Shown: one piece after another, positions 20,482 to 28,800 of the stretch | Layout: every line of letters starts with the position of its first letter | Numbering within the stretch: position 1 is the stretch's first letter | Translations under genes and position numbers: made by a program | Origin: Desulfatiglandales bacterium | GTDB taxonomy: Bacteria > Desulfobacterota > DSM-4660 > Desulfatiglandales > HGW-15 | Direction of reading: 5' to 3' | Assembly: GCA_963667015.2 (NCBI GenBank) | Contig: CAXXJJ010000001.1 | Span: forward strand, 128,001-192,000 | DNA length: 64,000 bases | Notes under the pieces: generated by a model | What the model was told of the DNA's origin: nothing | Databases searched by the model: none | The model's input: only the letters and a program-made list of their open reading frames with translations

Positions 20482-21066
20482 CTACCAATCAAGCACCGAA
20501 TATTCTTTACGATCTATTTTACCATCTCTGTTTAGATCACCATGAGTCCCATCTTGCTTTGCAACATTAAAAATTTCACCTATAGGTGCATTGATTTGTT
20601 TTAATACTTCCAATTGGTACTTCACGCATTTTCTTTCAGTTTCAAAATTTGCCCAGATTTTTCTTGGAACCGGCCAAAACCGCCATGGATGCTTTCGTCT
20701 GTAGTCATGATAGAGTTTAGAGTGAAAAGCTTCGTGCGCAATAGTCCCGGCACACCATGTTAAAGAAAAATATGTAGATTTATCAGCCATGGACATTCTA
20801 GGCGGCATTTTTTGTGCGCCCATTGAAGTTCTTTTTCGCTGCTCAATCGTTCCGACATATTCATTAACCATATCGTATGCCTCAGGCGCCTTTTCTTTAA
20901 GCAAGTCCAATGCCTGCGAGATCTGATTCTTAAACTCTGAAGTGCCTTTAATAACTAACTCTTTGCTGTTAAGATTTTTCACAACCAATATTTTATAATA
21001 ATTAATCATAATTAAGATGATTAAACTGAAAAATAAAACACCTAAAACAAATATTAATTTTTTCAT
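20482..21066 (-). CDS. Cassette membrane-anchored putative Zn-metallopeptidase
   Basis: N-terminal TM, HEAFH (HExxH), EF-hand-like DLNRDGKID. Confidence 0.65.
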   Translation of the reverse strand: MKKLIFVLGVLFFSLIILIMINYYKILVVKNLNSKELVIKGTSEFKNQISQALDLLKEKAPEAYDMVNEYVGTIEQRKRTSMGAQKMPPRMSMADKSTYFSLTWCAGTIAHEAFHSKLYHDYRRKHPWRFWPVPRKIWANFETERKCVKYQLEVLKQINAPIGEIFNVAKQDGTHGDLNRDGKIDRKEYSVLDW

Positions 21067-21218
21067 AATTTTTTCTAATCGTTTTGACTATCTCTATTTA
21101 CTTAATTATTGCTGAATAAGGAACCGGCATATCAGCCGTTGCTTTTTGTAGAAGCTGTTAAAGGTAGCTTCTGTGATGCTTTTATGCTTTCTGGTAAAAG
21201 CGAAGTATAAATTCCTCA

Positions 21219-21305
21219 CGATAACGTTCGGGCTCACCAGCCCCGCCATGATTTTTCATATGAAGCAAGGTACCCTGCGGGGTCTGGTGTAGCAGTTTGT
21301 TAACG
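21219..21305 (-). other. attC
   Basis: CGATAAC..GCTCACCAGCCCCGC..GCGGGGTCTGGTGTAGC..GTTAACG. Confidence 0.9.
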
Positions 21306-21311
21306 ATTTTT

Positions 21312-22049
21312 TTATTTAAATTCTTTTACCTTTTCCTTAAGACAAAGGACTTCTTTTTGACAATCCTGCCAATCATGTTCCCAACAAATGATCAGGTCAC
21401 ATTGGTTTGGATCGTGTTTATGGGACTTGAAATTAGATGATTTATACTCAAACTCAGCTTTGCAACTATTCCAAGTACCTTTCGTGTTCCGCCTCCTTAA
21501 TAACGCATCAGGGAAAGCACTACGAATGGCTTCTATCATAAACCCCAAGTCATGGCATAAAGCCGCAAATAATAGAATTACACCCTGTTCATTTATTGGT
21601 TCGTAAACAATGCCTCGAACACCAAGTATGCCACCAGTCTCATGTATTTGAGTTTTTTCTATTCTGTTAAAGCCTTCTTTTGGAGAGATGTTCTCTTCTA
21701 ACAAAGATGAGTCTACACCCAATAATGGAGCTAACCCTTCATCAGGATCTTTTTTTGTTTGTTTGAAATGAGCTAACCTTTCTTTTCCAATTGGAGTTAT
21801 TTTCCATATACCTCGTTCTGACCCATCTAATTGATTTTTCCGCTTCAAATATTCACGTGCCCAAGCAGTTTTATTTTGCCACTTAATTACTTTGCTTTTA
21901 TATTTTTCATATTCTTCTGGAAAATCTTTTGGATTCAATTTCATTATTTTTTCCACCACAGGGTATACTTCTCTCGGTTTTGCTTTTCCACCAAGTTTGA
22001 CAAGGGCTTGAAGCAATGGGATTTCGAAGTCCATGAAATTTAGATCCAT
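21312..22049 (-). CDS. Mrr-N winged-helix + PD-(D/E)xK-like nuclease
   Basis: PLLQALVKLGG..WQNKTAWAREYL..ERGIWKIT; FPDA..AEFEYKSSNF..CDLIICWEHDW. Confidence 0.8.
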   Translation of the reverse strand: MDLNFMDFEIPLLQALVKLGGKAKPREVYPVVEKIMKLNPKDFPEEYEKYKSKVIKWQNKTAWAREYLKRKNQLDGSERGIWKITPIGKERLAHFKQTKKDPDEGLAPLLGVDSSLLEENISPKEGFNRIEKTQIHETGGILGVRGIVYEPINEQGVILLFAALCHDLGFMIEAIRSAFPDALLRRRNTKGTWNSCKAEFEYKSSNFKSHKHDPNQCDLIICWEHDWQDCQKEVLCLKEKVKEFK

Positions 22050-22068
22050 TTTAGTTTCCTTTTTTCAT

Positions 22069-22135
22069 CGTTAACGTTGCTGCATAAGAGGCTTGGCGTG
22101 CTTTTCGCCAAGTCGGCTTGATGCAAATGTTCGGC
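22069..22135 (-). other. attC
   Basis: CGTTAAC..TGCATAAG..CTTGGCG..CGCCAAG..CTTGATGCA..GTTCGGC. Confidence 0.92.
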
Positions 22136-22136
22136 T

Positions 22137-22658
22137 TTAATTTTCCGGCCATATTGTTTTACCGCTTTTGACGTTTGAGCGGTATCGTTCGTGCGTAACA
22201 ATAAGTTTCTGTATTTCAACTGGTAATTTTGTTCTAAGCTCTTCAAAAAGTGATTTTGTTTTTTCCCATTGATTTACATCGACTTCCGTTCTTGAAAGAT
22301 CATTCGGATACCTTAGTGCATTGCACCCATTGAGATAGTTGAGCCATTTCTTATTTTTGTCTGATATAACAATGCCTCTTTTTTTTAATATAGAAAATAA
22401 TCTTTTAAGATCGTGTATAGGAGGAAATTCATTTTCGTAATGAAGCAAACAAGATTTTAGCAGCAGTTCTATAGATAAATGAGATAAAAATGCTGCTGAA
22501 TGTAAATACTCCCAAGTCCATCGCCCAGATAATTCATATAGTTTTTCTGCTGTTTTAAGGTGATCTACACAGTACTGAATTAGATCCGACTCTGAACAAT
22601 CATCCCTTGTAAATGCTTTCTTCGTTTTTTTTAAGTTAAATATATTTAGCAATTTCAT
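22137..22658 (-). CDS. HEPN-domain protein, cassette-borne
   Basis: SIELLLKS, IHDLKRL, ALRYP; start moved inside cassette boundary. Confidence 0.75.
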   Translation of the reverse strand: MKLLNIFNLKKTKKAFTRDDCSESDLIQYCVDHLKTAEKLYELSGRWTWEYLHSAAFLSHLSIELLLKSCLLHYENEFPPIHDLKRLFSILKKRGIVISDKNKKWLNYLNGCNALRYPNDLSRTEVDVNQWEKTKSLFEELRTKLPVEIQKLIVTHERYRSNVKSGKTIWPEN

Positions 22659-22670
22659 AAGTTTTATGGA

Positions 22671-22758
22671 GCCGAACGGCCAGCTCACAAGCCACGCCGA
22701 GATGCACAGCAAAAATTGAAAGAAGCCCCTCGTGGTCTTGTGAAGCGACAGGTTAAAA
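22671..22758 (-). other. attC
   Basis: GCCGAAC..GCTCACAAGCCACG..CGTGGTCTTGTGAAGC..GTTAAAA; near-identical to 25036-25123. Confidence 0.92.
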
Positions 22759-22996
22759 GCCGATTTTGCCCGCTATTTACCGACCTTGTATTTTTGATAA
22801 CCAGTTATTATTACAACAATATTTTGATTCTTATTTTCTATTTACAACTTTTGGCAAGATTGCCAATTTTTGTAAATAGACATCAATTCAGCCCGGAATT
22901 TTATTTTAATACTGCCATTTGGGGATTCAGGAAATATTTCCTATTTCCCCAAATACCTTAAATTACCTTCTTTATTATGTCCTTTAAGCTTTTAAC
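22678..22996 (-). repeat. ORF-less cassette, copy B
   Basis: ~320-bp near-identical copy of 25043-25363; no convincing ORF in cassette orientation. Confidence 0.9.
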
Positions 22997-23118
22997 GACC
23001 GAATTAACGAGCAGGCGGTGCCTGCCACCATAAGCCTGTTTAAAAGATTGATTGCCAACAACCTTTAAAGGTTGATTTGGCAAGATAATAGCCTGTCACG
23101 TTGAATGATATGTTGGGC
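22990..23118 (-). other. attC (long type)
   Basis: TTTTAAC..ATTAACGAGCAGGC..GCCTGTCACGTTGAAT..GTTGGGC; similar to 25756-25883. Confidence 0.9.
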
Positions 23119-23177
23119 TAATATCTCAAGAGCAGAACATTAAAAACGTATATTGTTTTATGCATTAAACCGGTCTG

Positions 23178-23330
23178 TTATTTTTTTGCAATTGTTTCCA
23201 ATGCACCAGCAATCCTCTCAAATGCTTTTATAAAGCGCAATAAAATGAGTATAATATAAATAATCACAACCAATTTGAGAACGAGTGGGGAAATAGCAAG
23301 AAGCAATTGATTCGTACTAAGACCAAACAT
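23178..23330 (-). CDS. Small single-TM cassette protein (50 aa)
   Basis: RBS GGAGG; MFGLSTNQLLLAISPLVLKLVVIIYIILILLRFIKAFERIAGALETIAKK; sole ORF in its cassette. Confidence 0.7.
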   Translation of the reverse strand: MFGLSTNQLLLAISPLVLKLVVIIYIILILLRFIKAFERIAGALETIAKK

Positions 23331-23378
23331 AATTTTTACCTCCATATTTTTCTTGTTTGCAGAAATAAATTCAAATCA

Positions 23379-23463
23379 GCCCAACGATTAGCATAACAGG
23401 CCGCGCCGTGATGCTGGAATCTGGCAAGATATACACGCGGTCCTGTTGATGCTTTGGTTAAAA
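23379..23463 (-). other. attC
   Basis: GCCCAAC..AGCATAACAGGCCGCG..CGCGGTCCTGTTGATGCT..GTTAAAA. Confidence 0.92.
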
Positions 23464-23472
23464 TCTTTTTTT

Positions 23473-23970
23473 TTATAGTAGATTCTTTTTTGCTAAATAA
23501 TCACGACCTTTTACTGAAAGCCAGTATATTGTATCTTCTCCAAAGGGTGTTTCTCTCATCAGAAAATCGTAGCTACATAAATTATCTATCGCATATTGGG
23601 TTTGGTTGTATTTAGACCCAAAGTGTTGCGATAAATCATTGGCTGTAAGTGATCTATCGTCTGGTAATTGACCAAAGCATATTAGGATATCCAAGTCCAA
23701 TTTTGATAATTTAATTTTATTTCTATCGTTTGGGAAGCTATATGATCGGAATTTTAAATGAATATATAAAAAATACAGAAGACCCATTATTATGGTTATC
23801 CATAGTGGTGTTGGTTTTGTTAGTATGGTGTGAACATAGTTTAGTCCCTTTTTCCAAAAAGCTAAAACAGCTACAGAGCCACCCAATAAACCGAGAACAA
23901 TTACTTGAGTTATTGTCGATTCAATATTCTCGCCGAGTTTTTTTATTCTGTTTGTCAGCCATACTTGCAT
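23473..23970 (-). CDS. Cassette 2-TM protein with C-terminal winged-helix-like domain
   Basis: Two hydrophobic segments then DLDIL..LTANDLS..YWLSVKGRDYL. Confidence 0.65.
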   Translation of the reverse strand: MQVWLTNRIKKLGENIESTITQVIVLGLLGGSVAVLAFWKKGLNYVHTILTKPTPLWITIIMGLLYFLYIHLKFRSYSFPNDRNKIKLSKLDLDILICFGQLPDDRSLTANDLSQHFGSKYNQTQYAIDNLCSYDFLMRETPFGEDTIYWLSVKGRDYLAKKNLL

Positions 23971-23993
23971 GGTGTCTCTTTTTTAGATTAGGA

Positions 23994-24124
23994 TTTTAAC
24001 ATTTAAATAACCTGCCGTGCGGTACATTGTTATAAATATTTGCCAACAGCAATTGTTTCTATGTTGCACTCAACTCCGATCTGGCAAGAGAGTAGCACGG
24101 TCTGAGTTAATTTGATGGTTGGGC
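23994..24124 (-). other. attC (long type)
   Basis: TTTTAAC..AAATAAC..CCGTGC..GCACGG..GTTAATTT..GTTGGGC. Confidence 0.85.
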
Positions 24125-24463
24125 AGTATTGTATATAGATTCAGTTATGACACCTACTGCAACAATTTTTGAACCTTCGCGCAGTGCGAACTGCCTACCA
24201 ATATTAAAACCATCCTTTTTCCCTAACTCCAATATTGTACCTGTTAACCTAATTTTAACTTTACACGATTTTCCAGGCTCCAACGAGTCACCCTCAAAGT
24301 AAGTTTCAGCCAGCCAATCAGTACATGGTTCATTGTTGATGTGCCAGAAAAATTGACCACGATAACCAGAAAAAGCAGAAGTGCTCCTACCACCATATTC
24401 AGTGGGGATCATGAATACAATGCCCTCAAGTTCATTATCTGTTACTGATTCGTATGTTCTCAT
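24107..24463 (-). CDS. Stand-alone EF-Tu C-terminal (domain III)-like protein
   Basis: EYGGRSTSAFSGYRGQF and FALREGSKIVAVGVI parallel EF-Tu EEGGRHTPFFxGYRPQF / FAIREGGRTVGAGVV. Confidence 0.7.
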   Translation of the reverse strand: MRTYESVTDNELEGIVFMIPTEYGGRSTSAFSGYRGQFFWHINNEPCTDWLAETYFEGDSLEPGKSCKVKIRLTGTILELGKKDGFNIGRQFALREGSKIVAVGVITESIYNTAQPSN

Positions 24464-24472
24464 TTTATTGAT

Positions 24473-24531
24473 GCCCAACGGTCAGGTTAACCGCGTGAGC
24501 GAAGCGAATCCGGTTGAACCTGATGTTATAA
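24473..24531 (-). other. attC (59 bp)
   Basis: GCCCAAC.GTCAGGTTAACCG..CGGTTGAACCTGAT.GTTATAA. Confidence 0.93.
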
Positions 24532-24556
24532 AAAATTTTAATTAAGGAGTTTTATT

Positions 24557-24817
24557 ATGTATAATGAAAACGAATTACGTATATTTATCCACAATAAAGT
24601 TGACAAATTTAATAATAGAGTTGCACAGTTCATATACGATTCAGTAGAACATATAGAACTTATTGATGATGAAATATTTAAAGAAAAATATTTAAAACTT
24701 ATAGATTCTATTCAAGATTACGAGTCTAGTCGTAAAGAAATTGATATTACGTTACAGTGTTCTGAATTTAATTCTATATGTGATCGGATTAGGGCTGACG
24801 TATGCGATCACAGATAA
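24557..24817 (+). CDS. Hypothetical protein antisense to array orientation
   Basis: RBS AAGGAG, 86 aa, same cassette as 24789-25004. Confidence 0.6.
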   Translation: MYNENELRIFIHNKVDKFNNRVAQFIYDSVEHIELIDDEIFKEKYLKLIDSIQDYESSRKEIDITLQCSEFNSICDRIRADVCDHR

Positions 24818-25004
24818 CTTTAAAATCATTGTTACTATATTCCGCGCCATGATGACTTGAAGAATAAATTATAGAACCTGCTATTCTTATTTGTAGTTCT
24901 TTAATTTCTTTAGTCAGTTTTATATTTGAATAAGTTAAGTACGCTATTACTCCTGTAGAAATTGCAGATATAAACGAGGCAATGATTATAAGTATGTCTG
25001 ACAT
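24789..25004 (-). CDS. Small TM cassette protein
   Basis: RBS AAGGAG, N-terminal TM + coiled coil. Confidence 0.65.
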   Translation of the reverse strand: MSDILIIIASFISAISTGVIAYLTYSNIKLTKEIKELQIRIAGSIIYSSSHHGAEYSNNDFKVICDRIRQP

Positions 25005-25035
25005 TTTAAATTTCTCCTTCCATGGGGAATTGGGT

Positions 25036-25123
25036 TTATAACGGCCAGCTCACAAGCCACGCCGAGATGCTCAGCAAAAATTGAAAGAAGCCCCTCGTGG
25101 TCTTGTGAAGCGACAGGTTAAAA
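25036..25123 (-). other. attC
   Basis: TTATAAC...GTTAAAA, twin of 22671-22758. Confidence 0.92.
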
Positions 25124-25363
25124 GCCGATTTCGCCTGCTATTTACCGACTTTGTATTTTTGATAACCAGTTATTATTACAACAATATTTTGATTCTTATT
25201 TTCTATTTACAACTTTTGGCAAGATTGCCAATTTTTGTAAATAGACATCAATTCAGCCCGGAATTTTATTTTTATACTGCTATTTGGGGATTTGGGAAAT
25301 ATTTCCTACTTCCCCAAATACCGTAAATGATGCTTTCTTCATTATAGCCTTTCAGCTTTTAAC
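25043..25363 (-). repeat. ORF-less cassette, copy A
   Basis: Near-identical to 22678-22996. Confidence 0.9.
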
Positions 25364-25424
25364 GACTATGCTTACCGGCCAGGCGGCGTTTTATCGCCTG
25401 GTCGGGTAGAGCATTTTGTTAAAT
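25357..25424 (-). other. attC
   Basis: TTTTAAC..ATGCTTACCGGCCAGGCG..CGCCTGGTCGGGTAGAGCAT..GTTAAAT. Confidence 0.93.
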
Positions 25425-25739
25425 TTTATCTTGTGCTAATTCTCTGACCTTCGACTTAAGATATTTTTGATTGCGTTTGCTTATAAGCGAAAGACAAAGC
25501 CCTATTACTATTATAAAAATTAATGTCCCTGCCCAACTGTATGGTCCAAAATTGGAAGAGAGAATAAGATGGATAAGTACTGTCATTCCTATACATCCTA
25601 TATAAAGTCGAGGCCCTAAAATTAAAAATTTTCTCACCCTGAAATTTTCATTCATCGCTTTTCGTAAGATATTGTTCTGTTCATCACGAGATAAGCCTTT
25701 TAATTCAGGATAAATCTTTTCTATTTTAGATGAGTTCAT
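25419..25739 (-). CDS. Cassette 2-TM membrane protein
   Basis: Paralogue of 17909-18259; stop codon inside attC R''. Confidence 0.75.
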   Translation of the reverse strand: MNSSKIEKIYPELKGLSRDEQNNILRKAMNENFRVRKFLILGPRLYIGCIGMTVLIHLILSSNFGPYSWAGTLIFIIVIGLCLSLISKRNQKYLKSKVRELAQDKI

Positions 25740-25755
25740 TGGGCTCTCCTTTTGA

Positions 25756-25883
25756 ATTTAACGCGCTAAATAACGAGCAGGCGGTGCCTACCAATAAATT
25801 AAATTTAAAAGACTGAGTGCCGTGAACCTTAGAAGGTTGATTCGGCAAGATAGTAGCCTGTCACGTTAATTTTGATGTTATCA
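25756..25883 (-). other. attC (long type)
   Basis: ATTTAAC..AAATAACGAGCAGGC..GCCTGTCACGTTAATTT..GTTATCA. Confidence 0.9.
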
Positions 25884-25896
25884 TTTGATTTGTATA

Positions 25897-26304
25897 CTAC
25901 TTGTTTTTGTCCTCACTATTTATCCGCCACATTGTAAACGTGCCGTCAATTGGCCCCTTGTAGTATCCCTCAAAATTATTTTTGTTCAGTGTGCCATTAC
26001 CTTTATATTGCCCTTCATCAGCAGTATATGGGAATTTATTATTTTCCAGTACTCCATCCATAATGTGTAATGGTTCGTTCTCATTATCTAGATCGGTTAG
26101 AATTAACATTCGATATTTGTTTTCACCTAAATGACTTACCTTTGCAAAAAAATTAAATGGGTTGCCTTCAGAGTCAGCTCCTTTACCTTCCCAGTTTCCG
26201 ATGAATAAATAATTTGCCTGGCTACTGTCTGAATTTTCGTTGGGATTTGTACATGAAGTCAAGGCTAAACACAAAGATAGTAAAGCGATTGATTTGTAGT
26301 TCAT
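25897..26304 (-). CDS. Lipoprotein, beta-rich
   Basis: Lipobox LTSC; FIGNWEG. Confidence 0.75.
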   Translation of the reverse strand: MNYKSIALLSLCLALTSCTNPNENSDSSQANYLFIGNWEGKGADSEGNPFNFFAKVSHLGENKYRMLILTDLDNENEPLHIMDGVLENNKFPYTADEGQYKGNGTLNKNNFEGYYKGPIDGTFTMWRINSEDKNK

Positions 26305-26323
26305 TAGAGCACCCTCTTGTACA

Positions 26324-26650
26324 TTATCTTAATTTTTCAAGGGCATCACCAATTGATGGTGCCATGGATATAAAATTGTTCAATGTTTCACACTGATATT
26401 GGCTGCACTTAGCACAGTGAGGTGTATTTTTTTCAATGTTGCATTTACGTAAAGGACACGTGGTTTCAGTGAAATAAAATTTAATACCTTCGGACTTACA
26501 TCCTGTACAGTTGATTTGTTTCGGTTTAATGTCTGCGCTATATTGCTGACTCCATTTTTCTGCAACTTCAGCCCTTAATGTATCATTGTTTTCCTTGGTT
26601 GCCAGATAGCCTTCGCATTTTTTACAGTCCATTCCACAATAAGCAATCAT
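26324..26650 (-). CDS. DUF3795-like cysteine-rich protein
   Basis: IAYCGMDCKKC..CTGC..CPLRKC..CAKCSQYQC. Confidence 0.8.
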   Translation of the reverse strand: MIAYCGMDCKKCEGYLATKENNDTLRAEVAEKWSQQYSADIKPKQINCTGCKSEGIKFYFTETTCPLRKCNIEKNTPHCAKCSQYQCETLNNFISMAPSIGDALEKLR

Positions 26651-26734
26651 ATTTACCTCCTTAAAATGTTATAATTCAATAATAAGCCCGAAGATAACTA
26701 AATTTGGTTTTACTGTATTGGAAGAATGGAACAT

Positions 26735-27496
26735 TTACGTATTTTTTAAGAATATTTGTGGGGTAACCCCTGTGATTTTCTTAAAATCATTAGTCATGTG
26801 TGCCTGGTCAAAATATCCGCCGATTTGAGCCAGGTCGCCGAGACCATGATACATATTATCCTTATAGATTTTTATGATCCGATTGACTCTGATGACCTGT
26901 GAAAAGAATTTTGGTGTTAATCCGGTATTTTTTAGAAATCTTCTGGTAAAATGTTGGCGACTCCATCCGATCATATTGATAATTTCTTGAATATTTATCA
27001 TGCCATTTGCTAGTTCGATAGCACCGATAGCATATTGAATCGGTTTTTCGAGTGATGGCTGGCCTGAAAGTAATTTTTCAAAAATTGAGTTCAGAAGGAA
27101 TATTCTTTTATTTGAGCAATTATTATTTGCTAAATGGTCAGCAATATCATCAATTCTCAATTTACCTATACTATTAATTGTGAATGTTTGATCTGTCATT
27201 TCCTGAAGGGGTGCATTAAAAAATGAAGCTGCCTTTCCCGGTTTGAACCTGACACCAAATAAGTTGTTTTTTGAATTTTGCATCGGCTTCGTCATTGGCC
27301 CCACCACAAAACACTGGGATTGAGTAGGGAGGTTTAAATCAAAAATTATATCCACACATCCGTCAGGAATAACCGGATTTATGTCAACAGGTACTCCGGT
27401 TGAAAAATCAGCAGAATACGACCAGTAGCAATGAAAAAAGGACTGTAACCTCAAAGAATGCTCATATTCTTTATATTTGTTTTTATACACAGCCAT
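26735..27496 (-). CDS. AraC family transcriptional regulator
   Basis: PDGCVDIIF, GVRFKPG, GYFDQAHMTNDFKKITGVTP. Confidence 0.9.
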   Translation of the reverse strand: MAVYKNKYKEYEHSLRLQSFFHCYWSYSADFSTGVPVDINPVIPDGCVDIIFDLNLPTQSQCFVVGPMTKPMQNSKNNLFGVRFKPGKAASFFNAPLQEMTDQTFTINSIGKLRIDDIADHLANNNCSNKRIFLLNSIFEKLLSGQPSLEKPIQYAIGAIELANGMINIQEIINMIGWSRQHFTRRFLKNTGLTPKFFSQVIRVNRIIKIYKDNMYHGLGDLAQIGGYFDQAHMTNDFKKITGVTPQIFLKNT

Positions 27497-27529
27497 TTAT
27501 TGATATTCACCCTGATGATTATTATTTGA

Positions 27530-27596
27530 TGATAACGCGCTGCATAAGCGGTTTGGCGAGCTTTTTGCCAAATCCGACTTAATGCAAATGTTGTGC
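27530..27596 (-). other. attC
   Basis: TGATAAC..TGCATAAGCGGTTTGGC..GCCAAATCCGACTTAATGCA..GTTGTGC. Confidence 0.93.
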
Positions 27597-27612
27597 GGTT
27601 TGTTTTCATATA

Positions 27613-28200
27613 TCAAATCGAATTTATATAATGTTTTTTAGATAATAGCCTGTGATTTTCTATTAGTTTTTTTACTGCAGGTATGACTTCCTTTTTTGAT
27701 AGACCCCGTTTTTTTAAATCTTTGATTAAGTTTTTTTCCCATAATTTATCCCAATTCTGCTCAAAACCAGTGTGTGGTATCTCAATTACTATTCTCTCTT
27801 CATCTATTGTATCACAAAGTCTTTGGTTTTTAGTTCCAGGTTGGAGATATAAAGCTTTTGAATTTAAAATGAAATCAACTATTATTCCTTGTTTTATAAT
27901 ATCAAACTCCAAGCATACAACTAATTGTGCTGGCCTCTTAAAATCTAAAATTAATGTAATACTATTTTTTGTTTTTTTATTTATGTGTCCCCATGAGCTA
28001 TCAGCATCTCCGCTTGGAATCTCTTTATGCATTTTGATTAACGCGTTAATATCGGGTCTTTTTGAAGTATCAATTATCAGCAAAGGTATGAGTTTGCCTT
28101 CACCGACCCCAACAGACGCGATAGCAGCGTCAGATATAATTGGGACAGGGTTTTCTTCCTCTTTGTTTTTTGTTTTTATCTCAATTTTTCTGAATTTCAT
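27613..28200 (-). CDS. Cassette hypothetical protein
   Basis: 195-aa ORF overlapping upstream ORF by 20 nt. Confidence 0.7.
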   Translation of the reverse strand: MKFRKIEIKTKNKEEENPVPIISDAAIASVGVGEGKLIPLLIIDTSKRPDINALIKMHKEIPSGDADSSWGHINKKTKNSITLILDFKRPAQLVVCLEFDIIKQGIIVDFILNSKALYLQPGTKNQRLCDTIDEERIVIEIPHTGFEQNWDKLWEKNLIKDLKKRGLSKKEVIPAVKKLIENHRLLSKKHYINSI

Positions 28201-28747
28201 TTTCGTCGATTATCTCTTTTATTATAATAGGACGAACAATACTTATATTTCCGCGTGAGTCGTATAGTTTTAGTTGGTAATTTTCTATACTCAAATTTGT
28301 CAGTTGTTCTCTTCTTATTTTGAATACAAACCACCCTGATATAGTATGACGAATATCAATCTGAGCTGGCAAAATAATTGGAACAATTGAAACAGCATTA
28401 GATTCTATAATGTTATCGTCAGAGTGAGGTAATAAAATATTTGTGATAAGATCATTCTGGTAACGATATGAGATTGATAGCTCCGCTCTAGATAAAGTAT
28501 TGGGCATATCGGATTTATTATTTACTAATATTGAAAAAGCATAAATTCTGTACAGATCATCTTCTGTCTTACATGTAAAACTTTCTGACAAATATGGCTC
28601 TAGATTAGGCGATCTATCTTGTTCTTGGTTTTCCGAAATAGCAAGACTTCTCTTTGCAATCCTGCTAGATCTATATGCCAGCAAAGCAGCTACCCATGCA
28701 GCGATAGCAGAACATATTGAAATTATATCTGAATAATTAATCTTCAT
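28181..28747 (-). CDS. Cassette hypothetical protein with N-terminal TM
   Basis: Start MKINYS lies after cassette boundary 28769; TM then beta-rich domain. Confidence 0.7.
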   Translation of the reverse strand: MKINYSDIISICSAIAAWVAALLAYRSSRIAKRSLAISENQEQDRSPNLEPYLSESFTCKTEDDLYRIYAFSILVNNKSDMPNTLSRAELSISYRYQNDLITNILLPHSDDNIIESNAVSIVPIILPAQIDIRHTISGWFVFKIRREQLTNLSIENYQLKLYDSRGNISIVRPIIIKEIIDENEIQKN

Positions 28748-28762
28748 TTTCCTCTTTGTGTA

Positions 28763-28800
28763 GCACAACATAGAGTACCGGGCAAATTTTCCGATATGAG
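28763..28800 (-). other. Putative attI crossover of array 1
   Basis: G|TTGTGC at 28769 complements R'' GCACAAC of first attC; no attC hairpin upstream. Confidence 0.65.

Larger units (their letters stand above)
17572..28769 (-). mobile_element. Integron gene-cassette array (~18 cassettes)
   Basis: Short co-oriented AT-rich ORFs separated by imperfect palindromes bounded by ..AAC/GTT..; for the proximal 11 cassettes the first 7 nt are the exact complement of the cassette's own R'' box. Confidence 0.95.

Noticed and set aside
21105..21170. Extra attC inside the metallopeptidase cassette
   Set aside because: Weak pairing, no AAC box; cassette ends already match between 21225 and 20304
22716..22961. 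81-aa plus-strand ORF (and twin 25081-25326)
   Set aside because: TTG start inside attC, no RBS, antisense to array; differences between copies are mostly non-synonymous
27683..28258. 191-aa plus-strand ORF and similar long antisense ORFs (e.g. 38756-39394)
   Set aside because: Shadows of better-supported opposite-strand genes
17572..28769. CRISPR array or prophage interpretation of the repeated palindromes
   Set aside because: Repeats vary in length and sequence and are separated by whole genes; no cas or phage structural genes
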